A stretch of 64,000 nucleotides of DNA, taken from the NCBI GenBank assembly GCA_003971905.1, contig RSEE01000008.1, positions 806,001 to 870,000 of the forward strand, in the 5' to 3' direction. The notes beneath the pieces were generated by a model. It was not told where the DNA came from. It ran no database searches and worked only from the letters and a program-made list of their open reading frames with translations. Origin of the DNA: Moniliella sp. 'wahieum' (taxonomy: Eukaryota). Positions 20,701 to 34,717 of this stretch are shown here, one piece after another (the stretch's first letter is position 1; every line of letters begins with the position of its first letter). Both the position numbers and the translations under genes were made by a program.

Positions 20701-23700
20701 TGTCGGGTCGCAGAGAGGGACCGTGAGGGTGGCGCGGGGCGAGGTTGAAGCGAGTTGAGCAACCACTGGGTCGAGGTACGCCAGGCCGAGCCAATGGTGG
20801 AGCTCGAAGGCTTGTTGTCTTCCGGTTCAGACACAGGGTCCTTGGGCGGAGAGCTGGGTGGCAGACTCTGCAGGGAGGTAAGTGTCACCGAGGCTGGGGA
20901 CCGGCTTGACGACTTGTTCTCGGCAATCACGGGGAAGGGTGCAGTGACCGCGGCGGGGGTAACGAGGGCCTGAGCCTTGCCCAGTCTCATGTTGGACAAC
21001 AGTAGCTTGCTCCCCGTGCTCGATTGGAGCGATCCTTGGCTCTTTTTCCGCATCAGCGAGAGCGCAGTCGAAGTCAACCGGACTTTATTCGGTGTTTGCT
21101 CTGTCTTGGGTGGACTCACCGTGTCTGCCGCAGCGCTGGTAGCAAGAGAAGCACGTTTAGATTCCTCTGGTAAGCGGGAGGTGACCTCGGGTAGATTTGG
21201 CAGGTCCGAGTGGCGCATGCGTGCGCTGTTCGATGGGGATCGCCAGGAGCCCGTGACCAAAGTGGGGATGGCCAGGGATCCCGAGGAAGCTTTGGGCCCC
21301 CGTTCTTTTGCCAGTCTCCGCGAGTGTGTAGGGGAACGTGGAGCGGAGAGGTGCCCCGGGTTGATAGGGAAGGCAACTGGGGACTGGGAGTATGCCGGCT
21401 CCCTCTCCTCCCCGGGGGCAATCGTGGCCGAAGGACGATGCGTTGGTCCGGTCCATTCCGCGCCTCCACATCCGCCATGACGCCCCGGTCGAAGATAGCA
21501 CGAGCAAAGGCCGGTGTCAACTCTGTGTCTGCCGCCTTGGCTGCCGCATAGAGAGGAGTGATTCCCTGTCCTGGTGATGCCGACAAGGCCTGATCTACCC
21601 TCGAGTCGGGAAAGTCAACCGTGAGGTACGTGGAAGGGGAGACACTAGCCATGGATCCGTACCGTTGGTTGCGTTGGGCGCGGCGGATCTGGGCCATGGT
21701 GGACTTTGAGTGGACGGGGATGCTAAAGGAGAGGGAACGGGGGTTGACCTTGTTTGGTACAGATGCCATGTCCAGATAAGGAATGGATATGCCGGCGACT
21801 TGGTTTTCCATCACGCCCATCATCTGGATATCGTACATCTTCGATCGGGGCACGAACCGGTCTTCACGGAATGGTTTGTCCCGCTGCACATTGAAGAATG
21901 AACAGTCAATCCAATGGGGCAGAGAGTAAAACATGATCTTGGATGACTGCACGCGGCCATTCCTTCGCCCGCCACGCTGGGACTCTTCTTCATCGCTTCC
22001 AGCTGAGGAAGAAGGATCGTCGTAGTACAGCGGATCGGGGGGCTTGTTATCCTCCCCCGTACCATCCACCATCGTTTCACGCAACCGGTTGACACGAGGC
22101 ATGATGCCTGAACCCATACCAAATGTATGCCGAGCATTACTGAACGATTGGCCAAAGGAGGAGCGTGACCCGGCAAAGGTCATGTTGTTTGGTCCGGGAT
22201 TCCATGGCCGAGAGGATGTCCCCGCTTGGGTTGAGTGGCTGCGTCCTTTGCCCATGGGTGCATCCACATCAGGCACCGAGGACCAGAATTGGAAGAGTGG
22301 GACAGAATGAAGGGGCATCTTGGTCAGACAGACCAAGTCCAGTGCCACACCACTTTCGACCATGCGCTCGGTAGTGGCGCGCAGCAGCTGCTTGGGCACC
22401 TCGAAGCGTCCCGTTCCGGCACTAACGATGGTGATACTGAATCCGGTTCGATTCAGGTCGCGGTCAACATAGTTGCGGTCAAACGGGTTAAGCGCGAGGT
22501 TGACTGCCTCAAGAATGTTGCCTTCGTAACTCGCGCACAGCTTGCCTGCAGTGAGGGTATGATCGGTGATAAGGTCGTGATGGGGATGGGCGTGTTGGGG
22601 CGCTGGGCCGGATACGGGGCGGCGGATAATGAGAATGTCGTGTTGGAAACGAAACACTTCTTCCTTCAGACGGCCCATCACGTCCACCCAATTTGGTGCC
22701 GGATCTGAGTCAAGAATGACCTTGTAGTAGTCCACGTACGCCCTTCCTCGTTCATCACGTCGCACCGGCCAGTCCTCAATCATGTGTAGCTCGTGCTCTT
22801 CGAACAAAACGCGACCGAAGAGAATGACGCTGACCAGATGATTCGTTGGGACCGCGCTCCAGCGCCGAAGAAGTTCGGGGAGAAACCCATGGATGGCCTT
22901 TTCATTATATAGTTCACCATCTTCGTCAAAGTCCCACATCTCCTTGCTCATCTGGATAAAAAGATAAAACTTGGCGCTGTCCGATCGAAAGATGGTTTTA
23001 GTAGAGGCTGACACGTAGCCAGAAGAAACAGTGCGCTCCTTGATGAAGATGCGTCCCACCGTGGCACGCACCAGGTTGGAGAGGGCAACTTTTTGCCCCA
23101 CGTACACACACGTGTCCTCCAACTGTAGTGACAGGCGCCACATGTCGGCGCGTCCGATGAACTGGTCGCGAAAGTAGAGCTCAACGTGGGAGATGGTGTG
23201 CTCCTCGACGGGCACCTGGGAGGGGGGGGGGAAGGCAAATACCCGTTGTCAGTATCGACGCACACAATCCAGCAAGAAAGGGGAAAGCGTACACGCGTGA
23301 TGAGAACTTCGGTATTGGTGCGCATGCCCATCGCATTGCCAATTGAACGAGAGAGGGAGATGTCCAAGCCGGTATCGGCCTCTAGCATCTCGCTGAACTG
23401 ATCCGCCTCTTGCAGCGCGTAGCTCCAACGAAACACGATGGAGGGCAAGGGCAGCGCATCGAAGCGCCGGTTGTGGGTGCGTGGCGGACCCGAGTAGGAG
23501 GACACGTCGGCGGCGTTGGTAAAGCGCAGGACGCCATCAGCTGGGGTGTTGTTGAAGTTGTTGGGGCCAAGGGGCCGGGACGAGGAGCGGAGCTCCGGGT
23601 GGGCGTCTGCCGGGTTGGCCAGGCGGACCTCGAGGAGCATGTTGTCGCTCATCGGACCACCCATGTCGCGGTCGGGGTTGATGGCGATGTCGGACGAGAA

Positions 23701-23945
23701 CTGCGGGTAGCGCTGGTGGCGCGTTCGTTCCAGCGCATGAGGCGAGACGGGGTCGTGGATGCGGGCGAGGAGGAGAACGGGCTCGGGGATGGAGGGGCCG
23801 GCGCCCAGGTCAGCAGAGCGAGTGGTGTGGCGCGACGAGGAGCGGCGACGGCTGGCGGCCCCGGCGGTACCCACACCGGGGGTGCGCCCGCCAGCGGCAT
23901 AGCCAGCGTCCACGTGCCGGTCGCGCTCGCCAGGGGGGGGCGCAT
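17765..23945 (-). CDS. IML1: Iml1/Sea1/DEPDC5, GATOR1/SEACIT subunit
   Basis: [37 protein letters not shown] motif; [37 protein letters not shown] domain ([10 protein letters not shown]...[13 protein letters not shown]...FKDGHYFY); [10 protein letters not shown]. The start is probably the ATG at 23945 with a homopolymer indel just downstream. Confidence 0.93.
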
Positions 23946-25593
23946 GACGGGATGGGGGCGGTGGTCAGCGCTTGAGTGCCGGTGATGGCGGTGCGCTTTG
24001 GGCGGACGGGGTCACGTGCCGGGGCGCGCTGGGCCGCGTTCCGCTGGCTGGGAGCTGGTCACGGGGACTGGGCGGGAGGCGGGACATTGGTCACCGGTCA
24101 CTAGTCACTGCCCCTGCCCCCGCCCCCGTCGCGGCATGCCGCCTTCGTTCCGCCCGTCTCGGCTTCGACTTGCTTACTGCACGCTCGACGCTACGCAGGG
24201 GTAGTGGGCGCGGCGCGCACCGCTGGGTGAAGGTGCTCAGGACAGCTTCGACATCAACGCTTCGGATGAGACCTGGAGTCCAGATGGTCCTCGAGGGTGA
24301 TGCAATCGCACTGGTGGTGGTGGTGGACTAATTCAGCCAGCAATGCCTACCGAGGAACTTCTTCCAGCAGCGAGTCGCCGCCAGGGGCTAAGCTGCGATT
24401 GAAGCAAGGAACAACAAGAGAGAGAAACAATGGAACTCCTAGGCTTGAAGAGGAACTGAAGGGACTTTGGCCAAAGCACGAGCCACCCGGTAGTGGCTCT
24501 ACAGCTTCCCCCTTCACCCCTACACGCGTATTTGCCTGTCCGGAGTAGATAATCCAAGCCCGCATGTGCGGCACGAATGGCATCTGATGAACTCGATGGC
24601 CCAGAGATTCCCGTCATGATGCATTGTATACGTTTTGGACATTGAGGAAATCCTGGTCCGAGGGTAATCTCGTTCACAGGCAGAGCCCCGACCATGGATC
24701 GCCAGGGGAGCTGGGAGGCACAGATGGTGAGGCTTACTTGACAGAATGGTGAGAGGCGTGTCATGGGACCGGACCCGATGTGGGGACTTGCCCCGGCAGT
24801 AAACAAAGAGGTGAGTGTGCGTGCGCAGTTGTTACGTCTCTGTGGAGGGGATATATAATCGTCCTCATAAGAGGATTATAATAACCTGAGGGAAATATAG
24901 TTGTTGTGGGTCAGATTCAACCATAGTGGATGAGTGGAACGGAGGCAAGCGATCTGGGCGGAATGGTAGGAACGGACGCCCATGCACATTTGGTGGTTAG
25001 ATCGTGCTAGGGTGTGACTTGGGAGCACTCGGCGATCCTATAGATCAGATGCAAAGCAGCCTTCACACAACTCGTGAAGGCAAAGTGGTGAGCCACACGT
25101 CTCCGAACTAACAACGTCTGAAGGGAAGGAAACATGGGAGAGAGGAGGGAGATGGAGCGAGGAGGAGGAGCGCAGCCTGCGAGCGGAATTCTTCCACCCA
25201 GCTAAGCGAGCGTCACCGCGTCACTGATCATCCATCATCGATCAACAGAGGGCCGTGCAGGGGAACCCTAGCAACACCTTCCAACAGATCGGAGCAAGGA
25301 CTAGAATTGCAACGCAGCCGCCATGGGGATCAGCACGGGGGCGGTCTTCAGCTAGGTTTCCCTAGGCTTCTGTCGTTTCATCCTGATTTCGCACCCCGCC
25401 AGTGTTGCCGACCAGTGATGCTCTGGTAACTGGTAATGTGCGGGGAAACTGCCTCATCCGCGGTAATGGTCCCACACTGTCTCCGTGCCTCGAGGATATT
25501 TTTTCTGCCGCAGCAATCTTCTGCCCCGCCTTAAACCACGCCGCCGACCCCCGGGCCGGCCTCTTTCACCACCGCCACCGTACTACATTCGCC

Positions 25594-27031
25594 ATGGGTA
25601 AGGAAAAGGTACGTCCCGTGCAGAGCACTGTTCCCTCTTGGTCGTCCCAAGCACCATGCTAACCACCGTACCCGCTTTCAGCTTCACGTTAACGTCGTTG
25701 TCATCGGCCACGTCGACTCCGGCAAGTCGACCACGACCGGCCACCTCATCTACAAGTGCGGTGGTATCGACAAGCGTACCATTGAGAAGTTCGAGAAGGA
25801 GGCTGCTGAGCTCGGCAAGGGTTCGTTCAAGTACGCCTGGGTGCTCGACAAGCTCAAGGCTGAGCGTGAGCGTGGTATCACCATCGACATTGCCCTGTGG
25901 AAGTTCGAGACGCCCAAGTACCAGGTCACTGTCATTGACGCCCCCGGCCACCGTGACTTCATCAAGAACATGATCACGGGCACCTCGCAGGCCGACTGCG
26001 CCATTCTCATCATTGCCGCCGGCACTGGTGAGTTCGAGGCTGGTATCTCCAAGGACGGCCAGACCCGTGAGCACGCCCTGCTCGCCTTCACCCTTGGTGT
26101 GCGCCAGCTCATTGTTGCCGTCAACAAGATGGACGCTACTAAGTACTCGGAGGACCGCTTCAACGAGATCATCAAGGAGACCTCGACCTTCATCAAGAAG
26201 GTCGGCTTCAACCCCAAGTCGGTTCCCTTCGTCCCCATCTCGGGCTGGAACGGTGACAACATGATGAGGCCACCACCAACATGCCCTGGTACAAGGGTTG
26301 GGAGAAGGAGACCAAGGCTGGCAAGGCCACGGGCAAGACCCTCCTTGACGCCATTGACGCCATTGACCCCCCTCGCGCCCCACCGACAAGCCCCTGCGTC
26401 TCCCCTGCAGGACGTGTACAAGATCGGCGGTATCGGCACTGTCCCCGTCGGCCGTGTCGAGACGGTGTGATCAAGCCCGGCATGGTCGTTACCTTCGCTC
26501 CCGCCAACGTGACCACTGAAGTCAAGTCCGTCGAGATGCACCACGAGTCGCTCCCCGAGGGTCTCCCCGGTGACAACGTTGGTTTCAACGTCAAGAACGT
26601 CTCGGTCAAGGACATCCGCCGTGGTAACGTTGCTGGTGACTCGAAGAACGACCCCCCCATGGAGGCTGCTCGTTCAACGCCCAGGTCATCATCATGAACA
26701 CCTGGCCAGATCTCGAACGGCTACTCGCCCTCTTGACTGCCACACGGCCCACATTGCTTGCAAGTTCGACCATCCTTACCAAGATGGACCGTCGTTCGGG
26801 TAAGACATTGAGGAGACCCCAAGTTCATCAAGTCGGGTGACGCTGCCATGGTCAAGATGATCCCCACCAAGCCATGTGCGTCGAGGCCTTCAACGAGTAC
26901 CCCCCGCTCGGCCGTTTCGCCGTCCGTGAATGCGCCAGACCGTGGCGTCGGTGTCATCAAGTCGGTTGAGAAGACCTCCGGCAAGGGTGGCAAGACCACC
27001 AAGGCGCTGAGAGGCCGGCAAGAAGAAGTAA
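25594..27031 (+). CDS. TEF1: Translation elongation factor 1-alpha
   Basis: MGKEK|intron from 25609|..[73 protein letters not shown]; ends KKK-TAA. Indel frameshifts in the 3' half. Confidence 0.98.
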
Positions 27032-27949
27032 GCGGTGGTTCGCGAGGCTTCTTGAGATTCTCTTCCGACTGTTGCGTTCCCGATCCGGGTCGTTGTGGAA
27101 AGGAGCTAAAAAAACCATCATCCTCCCTCTTCCCCTCTTCGCCCGAGAGCAAGCCTCGGAGTGTGCTTGTACCCCCTTCCCCCGCCTTAGCCTTTTGCCT
27201 GTCGGCCTCTGGCTCGTATTACATCTCTCCAGGTGTTAAATCATTGTGCCTTTCTTTAGCTTGAGTAACATATTCTCGTAGCTTGAGTGATATGTGGTTG
27301 TTCATCGTTGACGCGTTAAAGAAGGAGCCAGTCGCCTGGCTGACTTCGGGTGTGTCTTGTGGAAGGGCAGGAAGGCAAGCACAGGACCAGGGCAGGCGTC
27401 TATAAGACGAGCGGAAGAGGCGGAACACTGAGTGCTGCCCAAGTCTGTCGGCTGCAGCCAGCCGTTCGTTTAGTGGGTTGAACACGTTGACATGTGGCCC
27501 TAGCCTGAGGCTTGAGTTCCAGGTGAACAACGCGGAAGGTTGGTTGAGGTCTCCGTCTGAGGCCTGAGGCTCAGGTGTCAAGCCCCGAGTGCGTCAAGCC
27601 CGGAGGCCTGACGCGACGGGAGAATGTTGAAGGTTACCGAGGCCAATACGGGTGAGCGGTTCGCAATATTAGCAGCGTAGGAGTTGACACTCTGCTGCGG
27701 CTCTGTATGCCCACGCTACTAATGGGTCAAGCATCCATCCGTGTTTTACTACATGATGGCGGAAGCCAAGGTCCGGTCCCGCCGTGCCAAAGTTCGTGAC
27801 AAGGACGAGGGGGAATGGGCAGTGGGGGCCAAAGAGACAAGGGAGAGCAAGGGACACGCAAATGACAAAGGCCGGGACGAGAGACGTGACCCAGTGACAC
27901 GAGAAGAGACGAAGCGAAGCAAGGCAAGGCAAGCCAAGGCAAAGCAAGG

Positions 27950-29321
27950 CTATGACCGACGTTCCTCATGCGATCCCCGGCGGCTCGCCACGACCGATTG
28001 CACCCGGCTGGCGTTCAGGCTAGCAGCGGCACTGCGTGCATCGGCGACCTTCTTGAGTTTGGCGTCCAGTGCATGCGACTTGTACACATCCACGATCCGC
28101 GCAAGAAGCTCTGAGGTGCTGACGCCCGGGGTGCGGCGGGTGGGGAGGAAGCGTCCTTGGTCTTTGACGAAGCGGTATACGTCCGCCGCACCGGCCGGAC
28201 CCGCATACGGTTCTTCGTCATGCGCCACATAATCAATCTGCAGCGCATCGAGCAACTTTTGGTCCACCACCCACGGTGCGTCCTCCAGCACTTCGTCCAC
28301 CCAGCGACAATTGGCCACCGCGGCGTACCGCTCGGCAGAACTCATCACCGTTCGTTCTTGTGTGCCTTGCACGCCGCACTCGAGCACACGCCAACAATCA
28401 AGTGCACACAGGGGAAAGCAAGCTTGGCCTGGCGCAACTGCAGCGCATGGGCATAGTGGAACAGATCGTACACCCCATCCGCATAGATCCGCACCGGCTG
28501 CGCTGGGTCCCGACCGTCGCCGACGGGGCGGGCGATGGAGTAGTCGCGCTGCCCCTCGACGGGGTGGTAGATGGCATCGTGGAACCAGGTCCGGATCTCG
28601 CTCACCGACGCAGGCACCAGAGGTTCTTGCGCCTGCTCCGACTCGAGCCGTTCCGGGTACTCCCCCATGAAGAACGGGGAACCGGGCTGGGCGCCGTACC
28701 CCCCGTCAGCGGAGGGGGCACGTTCGACGCCAGCGGGGCCGGGTGGGCCGGGCGAGCGGCAAATTCCACGTCTCCATCGTACGGGGTGGTGCTATCGGGC
28801 ACGTTGGGGTTCAAGTCCAGGTGGGCATGGCCATACCGTGGACCGGGCCCCACGTCTCGGCTGCTGAGCGAGGCCGAGGTGTAGCCGCCTTGGTGTGGCG
28901 CCTCATCCGAGGCCAGCGACGCATCTGCATCGCTCTGCGGCGCCGCACGGTGGGAACGGCCCTCTCGCCCGTCCTCGGCGGGGGGTGGGGACTCGCCAGA
29001 TCCGCCCGCAAATCCAACTCGCCACGCGGTGTGCTCACGCCAGGCGCCGAATCGGGCACGACCAGCACGGCTGGCGGAGCTTGTTCCGAAGTGGGAACGG
29101 TAGCAGCACCGTTGCCCGTTCCCATCGCCTCTACGGCCGCCGTCTGGGACGAGGGAACGGCAGATGCAGCGGCGGTGGCGGCGGTGGCGAGCAGCGACCG
29201 CTCGCCCAGAGCCTCGTGCTCGCCCGGCGGCGCTTCGCGGATCACACCCAGGGGTGCGCTGCGGCGACGGGGACGGGCATTGCCGGCGGTACGCGGGCTG
29301 CCGGGCCCGTCGGAGGGGGCA

Positions 29322-29352
<31 letters not shown>

Positions 29353-29503
29353 TGTCCTCTTCGCTGGCATCACGACTGGAGCTGATGAAGGGGGGTTCGT
29401 CCACGGCCTCGTCGTCGGCGGTGCGGGAGGAGCGCTTCTTGCGGTGGGCCGCATGGGCGTGGGCATGGTGGGCGTGGAGGAAGGAGCGGGTGGTGGCCGC
29501 CAT
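27950..29503 (-). CDS. PCT1: Choline-phosphate cytidylyltransferase with a long low-complexity N-terminus
   Basis: [70 protein letters not shown]. Frameshifted. Confidence 0.88.
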
Positions 29504-30371
29504 GGTGGGGGGAGGGGGGAGGGGGGGGGGGGGCGCAGAGGGCAAAGAAGCGATGCGGGACGAGTGGAGTGGTGTCGTTGCCGGCGAGAGGGCAGGTAAT
29601 CGAGCAGATGCGAGTGGGTTGGTTAGGCTTAGGATGGTTGGTGTGTGATCGCATCGGTGATCGTGGGATAATTTGCAGGCACAAGCACCGTTTCAAATTT
29701 CACCGCCACATGCCAGGGCGCCGTTGGCGCAGCCTGGCGCAGCCCCACAGCCAAGCGGAGCGTCGGGACGCTTGCCAAGCTATTCAGCTGAATGTTTCGA
29801 TTGCCATTGAATCCGGACGACGATGCATGACGCATGGTGCATGGTGCATGATGCATGCCCGCGTCTGCCCAGTTGCCTGCCCCTGCATCTGCCCACCCGC
29901 CCCATTCACGCGCCCGCGCCGCGCCGCGCCGCGCGAGCTTACGTCAGTCGCATGCCACTCCCGGCGGCTACTGCCGCCCCATGCTCCGCGCCGGCCAGAA
30001 GCTTTCCCGTCTTCCCGCCCTCCGCCTTCTGGCCTGGCAGTGGGGTGTTTTGAAGTACGTCACGCGTCAGCGGCAGTTCACAATCCGCGGAGCTGACATA
30101 AGGTAGCCGGGAGCCGATTCCCTGTTAACCCTGACTGGTCGGCAGCTGGCAACCAGATGCATTTTGTACATTTCATAATCTGAGCGCACAGGTAACGCTG
30201 GATTCTAAGGCGCTCCCATCGTGCATCGCTGCGGAGAACAGGCCTGTATATATACACTCGGGGTCTGTCTGTCGCATACGCAGGCGCTCTGCATGCGTGT
30301 GCGCAACATCTCATTCGGCCTCCGTGGCAGCCACGCGCCAGCCAAAGCGTCGTCGAAGCACTCGGGAGCGC

Positions 30372-32804
30372 CTACGCCGACGGCGCCAGCGCTTGCAACG
30401 CCGGCTCCTGCTCGATGCTGGGCATGGTATCGGTGATCAGGTCCCACGGCTTTTGCCGCCGCCATAGGCCAACAGGTTGTGCTTGTACCGGTCCCCTGAC
30501 GCGCGCAGCAGCTCGGGCCGATCGCCGTCGGCGCAAACAGCTGTCCATACAGCGCCTGCGCAATCGTCCGGTCCAGCGGGTAGGAGTAGTACGCGGCCGG
30601 GTAGGATGCCAAGTGGCCGAACCGGCCCTGCCAGTCCAGCCCGCGTGCAAACGGAAGCTTGCCATACCGCGCATGCGTCGCCTCAAACACTGCCGTGCTC
30701 GCCGAGGGGGTGTGGCCCGCCCACGTCCCCTGCGGCGGAGGCAAGTGCAATGCCTGATCCAGCAGCGAGAGCATCAGCTCGTCGTGGGTCTCCAACGCAG
30801 CCAACGACCGCGTAGACGCCGTCAGCGCCTCAACTTGGGCTAGCGGAAGCGGTAGTCCCGTGCGGTAGTGCCGCGCGTACATGGGCACCACCTGGGGATG
30901 GAGCAAAAAGTGTTCCATCAGGATCGATGGCACCTCAACAAAGTCGGTCGCGCAGCGCGTCCCAGATACGTTCTGGAACTCGGTACGACCCACCATAGAG
31001 TGAAGCGCATGACCCATCTCGTGGAACAGCGTCTCAATCTCACTCCAGTGCAGGTAGGACTGGCTCTCGGCCGAGGCACCGCGCTCCGGGGCGCGGAAGC
31101 TACAGAGCAACGCCACAATCGGCTGTTGATAAAGACCTTGACGGTCCTTGGTCTGGGCCAAACGGCCGGTAAACAAATCCCTGCCTCCCAAAGGACCGGT
31201 AGGAGTGATGGTCTCCCTGCCATTCTGTAACGCCAGGTCTTGTACGGTTATCGGCACATCCCACCCACGTCGTCCAAGTCCACGCGACGAGAGCAGCGAA
31301 CGGTAAAGTGGGCGGCGCCCATCGGCTTGCCCGGGCGGTCCCATAGGTCAGCATAGATCGTGCCGACTACGCCACCTGCATCCTCATCGTAGACTTGGAG
31401 CTTCAGAACATCTTCGTGCCATGTTTCCCCTGGAGCAGGGGTCTCGAGACGGAGATGGATGCCAAAGAGAGTGTGCCAGAGCCGACTGAGACCGCTAAAG
31501 ACTGTGCCAACAGTAAAGAAAGAGCCGATTCCAACCTGGCGGGTTGGGAGCGTGCCGTATAGCGCGCAATGAGGTACTCCTTGTCCCATGGTTGCAACTT
31601 GCCCGATGGGCCGACATCGGACTTGTCGCTCAATCCATTCGCCAACAACATCTTGCTCTGCTCCGTCAGTTGGGGGGCGATGTCGTTGAGACGCGCACTG
31701 AGAAAAGCAACCACATGCTCGGGCGTCTGGGCCAGCTTGTCCTTGAGCGTCATGTGAGCAAACGATTCATGGCCGGTGAGACGAGCAAGTTGATCGCGCT
31801 TGTCCAGCAACTGCTCCAAGGTGGAAACTTGCCGTGCCCCACCGGCAAAGGTGCCCATGTAGGCTAACCGACGGGCCTCAGGGTTGGGAGCCATGCGAAG
31901 TATTTGCAACAGCGCTGGGCTACCGGGGGGGATGGAAATCGAGCTTCGCCAGGGGCGGGTGGAAGATTGGCGCATCGCGTCGTTCAACACGTCCTTCCGC
32001 ATCCCCTCCAGCAATTTCAAAGGAATCTCCGTCGAGGGTCGATCGTCCTTGAGGAACCCAGCACCATCAATCAGCCCCTGGGAAAAGGCAGTGGAGAGCT
32101 GGAGAACGTCATTGCTGAGTGCAACGAACTGTTCGCGCTCACGGTCAGGGAGATGGATGGCACTTTTCTCAAAGTCGGCCAAGTACATATCCGCCACCCG
32201 CCTCCCTTCGCGAGTAAGAGACGAATACAGCTCCTTGTCACTGACGACCGCCTTGGAGTTAAGTACATGTCAACGTTCGTATTGAGTTCGTTCATGTAGT
32301 TGACTAGGACGCCATGGGCCATCTCGGAGGCCTCGCGCCAGTCAGGTTGGGGGTGCGCGGTGCGCAGGAATTCTGCCAAGTCGATCGTCTTGCACAACAG
32401 ATCCGACAGACGGTCCAAGTTGCGCACGGCTTGTTGCATGTCCCGACTCTGGGTTCCCGCCCGATGAGCACGAGAGATGCGCTCGACAAGCGCCTGAGCA
32501 CGAGACTTGGTGTCCTCAGCGATAAAGATAAAGTCGTAGGGTGTACGCAGTGCCGTCTCACCAAAAAGACCCGTAGGCTCCCCTGCTGTACCAGGGGCAG
32601 ATGCGCCCGAATCAATCACAGTGCGCAATTGCTCGTGTTCGTCTTGCACTGTCTGGGTAGAGTAGGGGCGAGGCAGGGGGAAGCAAGGAGGGTAGGGGTA
32701 GGGGCCGAAGCCAGGGTCGGTCGGTAGCCAAGAGCAGCATGCCGGCAACAAAGGGCTGCGCTGCGTGAGGTGGCAACAGAAGTCAGCCTACGGAGCGCCA
32801 GCAT
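30372..32804 (-). CDS. OCT1: Mitochondrial intermediate peptidase (M3 family)
   Basis: Presequence [54 protein letters not shown]; zinc motif [44 protein letters not shown]. Confidence 0.95.
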
Positions 32805-33121
32805 CCTGGTAGTGGAGGACGCTGCCGCCTGCGTTATCGTGCTGGGCGAAGTGGTTGGCGGGTGGAACGCAGCTCGGGTGCATCCGGCGTCCAAATTCAT
32901 GGCGTCCCGGCCTCAGCCAGAATTCCCAGGTCGCCGGTGGCCACAGTTGCACCGAAGTTATGAGGTCACGTGCCTGCAAAAGGAGCTGCGCCGGCCGAAC
33001 CTGGCGTGCAAACGGCGGAGTTGCCCAATTCCGCCCGGACGCCGAGAAGGTCCGGCCCGCAGGCTGTCGCCCAGCGGACCCAGCCCGCACCCCTACCACC
33101 ACAGTCGACCGCACCGTCACA

Positions 33122-34080
33122 ATGGCGTCTCGTGGCCTCATGTCGATGGGCCAGCTCGCCCGGGCGGCCATGCCCTCTTCGATCGCTGGTGTCCGCCCCC
33201 GTGTTGTGGCTCGACCTGTATCGGTATCGATGGCCGTGCGTCACGCGTCTGGCTGGCTCCACCCTGGTGTGTTGAACCCCCACCAGAAGAACATGGCCCG
33301 CAAGATGCGCGGTCGTGGTCGTGGTAATGGCCTCGGTAAGACGTCCGGTAAGGGTCAGATGGGCCAAACGTCGCGTTCGGGTCCGCGCAAGCCCGGCCTG
33401 GGTTTTGAGGGTGGCCAAACGGCCCTGACCAAACTGTTCCCCAAAAAGGGAAAGCGGAACCCTCTGGCCAAGGAGTACGCCACCGTCACTTTGGGTCGCA
33501 TCCAGGAGTGGATCAAACGCGGTCTGATTAACCCGAGCCAGAAGATTACCATCCCTGTCCTTGTCCAGACCAACTGTATCTCCGTGTCCACGATGGTGTC
33601 AAGCTGTTGGCGAACAACTCGGAGTACTTTTCGACTCCGATCAACATTGAAGTAAGCCAGGCCACGGATGAGGCTATCAAACTAGTCGAGATCAACGATG
33701 GCACGATTACCACCCGCTATCACGGAAAGGTCTACCTGCGCTCGTTGGTCCGCCCTTTCAAGTGGCTCCACCGGGGGCGGCCGCTGCCTACGCCCCCTGT
33801 TCCTTTCCGGAAGAAGGACTTGAGTACGTTTCCCTCCTGCGCCCACTTGTATTGGTCCATGGCTCTGCTTGCCCCAGAAACTAACCTGTGTGAATGGCCA
33901 GTGTACTACTGTTCCTTCCACCACCGCGGGTTCTTGGCCAAGGAGGCGATCTTGGGTACCAACCCCAAGCTCAATGTTTCTCTCCTTGACAAGATCGAGC
34001 CTAAGCGGAAGTACCAGCAGGAGATGACCAAGAAGTTCTTGGCCGAGCGCAAGGCCGCGACGGTGAAGACGGCTGCTTAA
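33122..34080 (+). CDS. Mitochondrial ribosomal protein uL15m (YmL10-like)
   Basis: RGRGRGNGLGKTSGKGQMGQTSR and GFEGGQTALTKLFPK motifs; VTLGRIQEWIKRGLIN; INIEVSQAT. Intron 33824-33901. Confidence 0.9.
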
Positions 34081-34717
34081 GTAGGAGCTCGTCATGAGCG
34101 ATATGCATGTGGTTTGGCTCGGCGCTTTGGTTGTGGTAGCGAGCACGTTGGCAGTAGCTGTCTGTGGCGGCACCCCTCTCGGCGTCGCAAACGGCGGCTG
34201 ATCGAACGGCGTGCTAGGTGTGTGTGTGTGTCCAGGATGTAGCGCTTGTGTCGGCGGCGGCGGGGGTGGGTATGAGGTGTGCTACTGGGATCTGGTGCTG
34301 AAAGCGCAGGACACGAGCGGGAGCACATCCTAGCTAGACTCGCCGGGTCGTCTGGCCGTTCTGATTGACAGCCGACACTGCGCTTGAAACGCAGCACACA
34401 GCCCCCGCGCCGTTCCTCAGCAGCGGTGCCGGCCACGGCAGCGAAGAGCACTGGCAGCGGCCATCCCAGGGCACGTAGCAAGCAGACACTCTGCAGAGCA
34501 GCGCTAATTAACCCTTGCTGAGCAGCACAGGAGCTAACCCACCCGCACCAGACCGCCCACCCACTGCCGTCGCCCCCCACCACGCAGGGCTGCGCCACTG
34601 CGGGGCGCCCGCCTGGCCAGTTCCATGCTTCCTTGCCTGGCCTGCGTTGTGCTGCTCCTCTCACAACCTCTGCCCGCCCCCACCTCCTCCCTCGCCCCCC
34701 TCCCACACACCACACCA

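Noticed and set aside
6501..32804. Numerous frameshifts in RPL2, RPB2, IML1, TEF1, PCT1 and OCT1 suggesting pseudogenes or programmed frameshifting
   Set aside because: They hit many essential, otherwise well-conserved genes, often at homopolymers. Uncorrected long-read indel error is the simplest explanation.
30372..34080. MIP/OCT1 as a marker of an adjacent homeodomain mating-type locus (as in Agaricomycetes)
   Set aside because: The flanking genes are PCT1 and uL15m, and I see no homeodomain, pheromone or receptor genes in the window.
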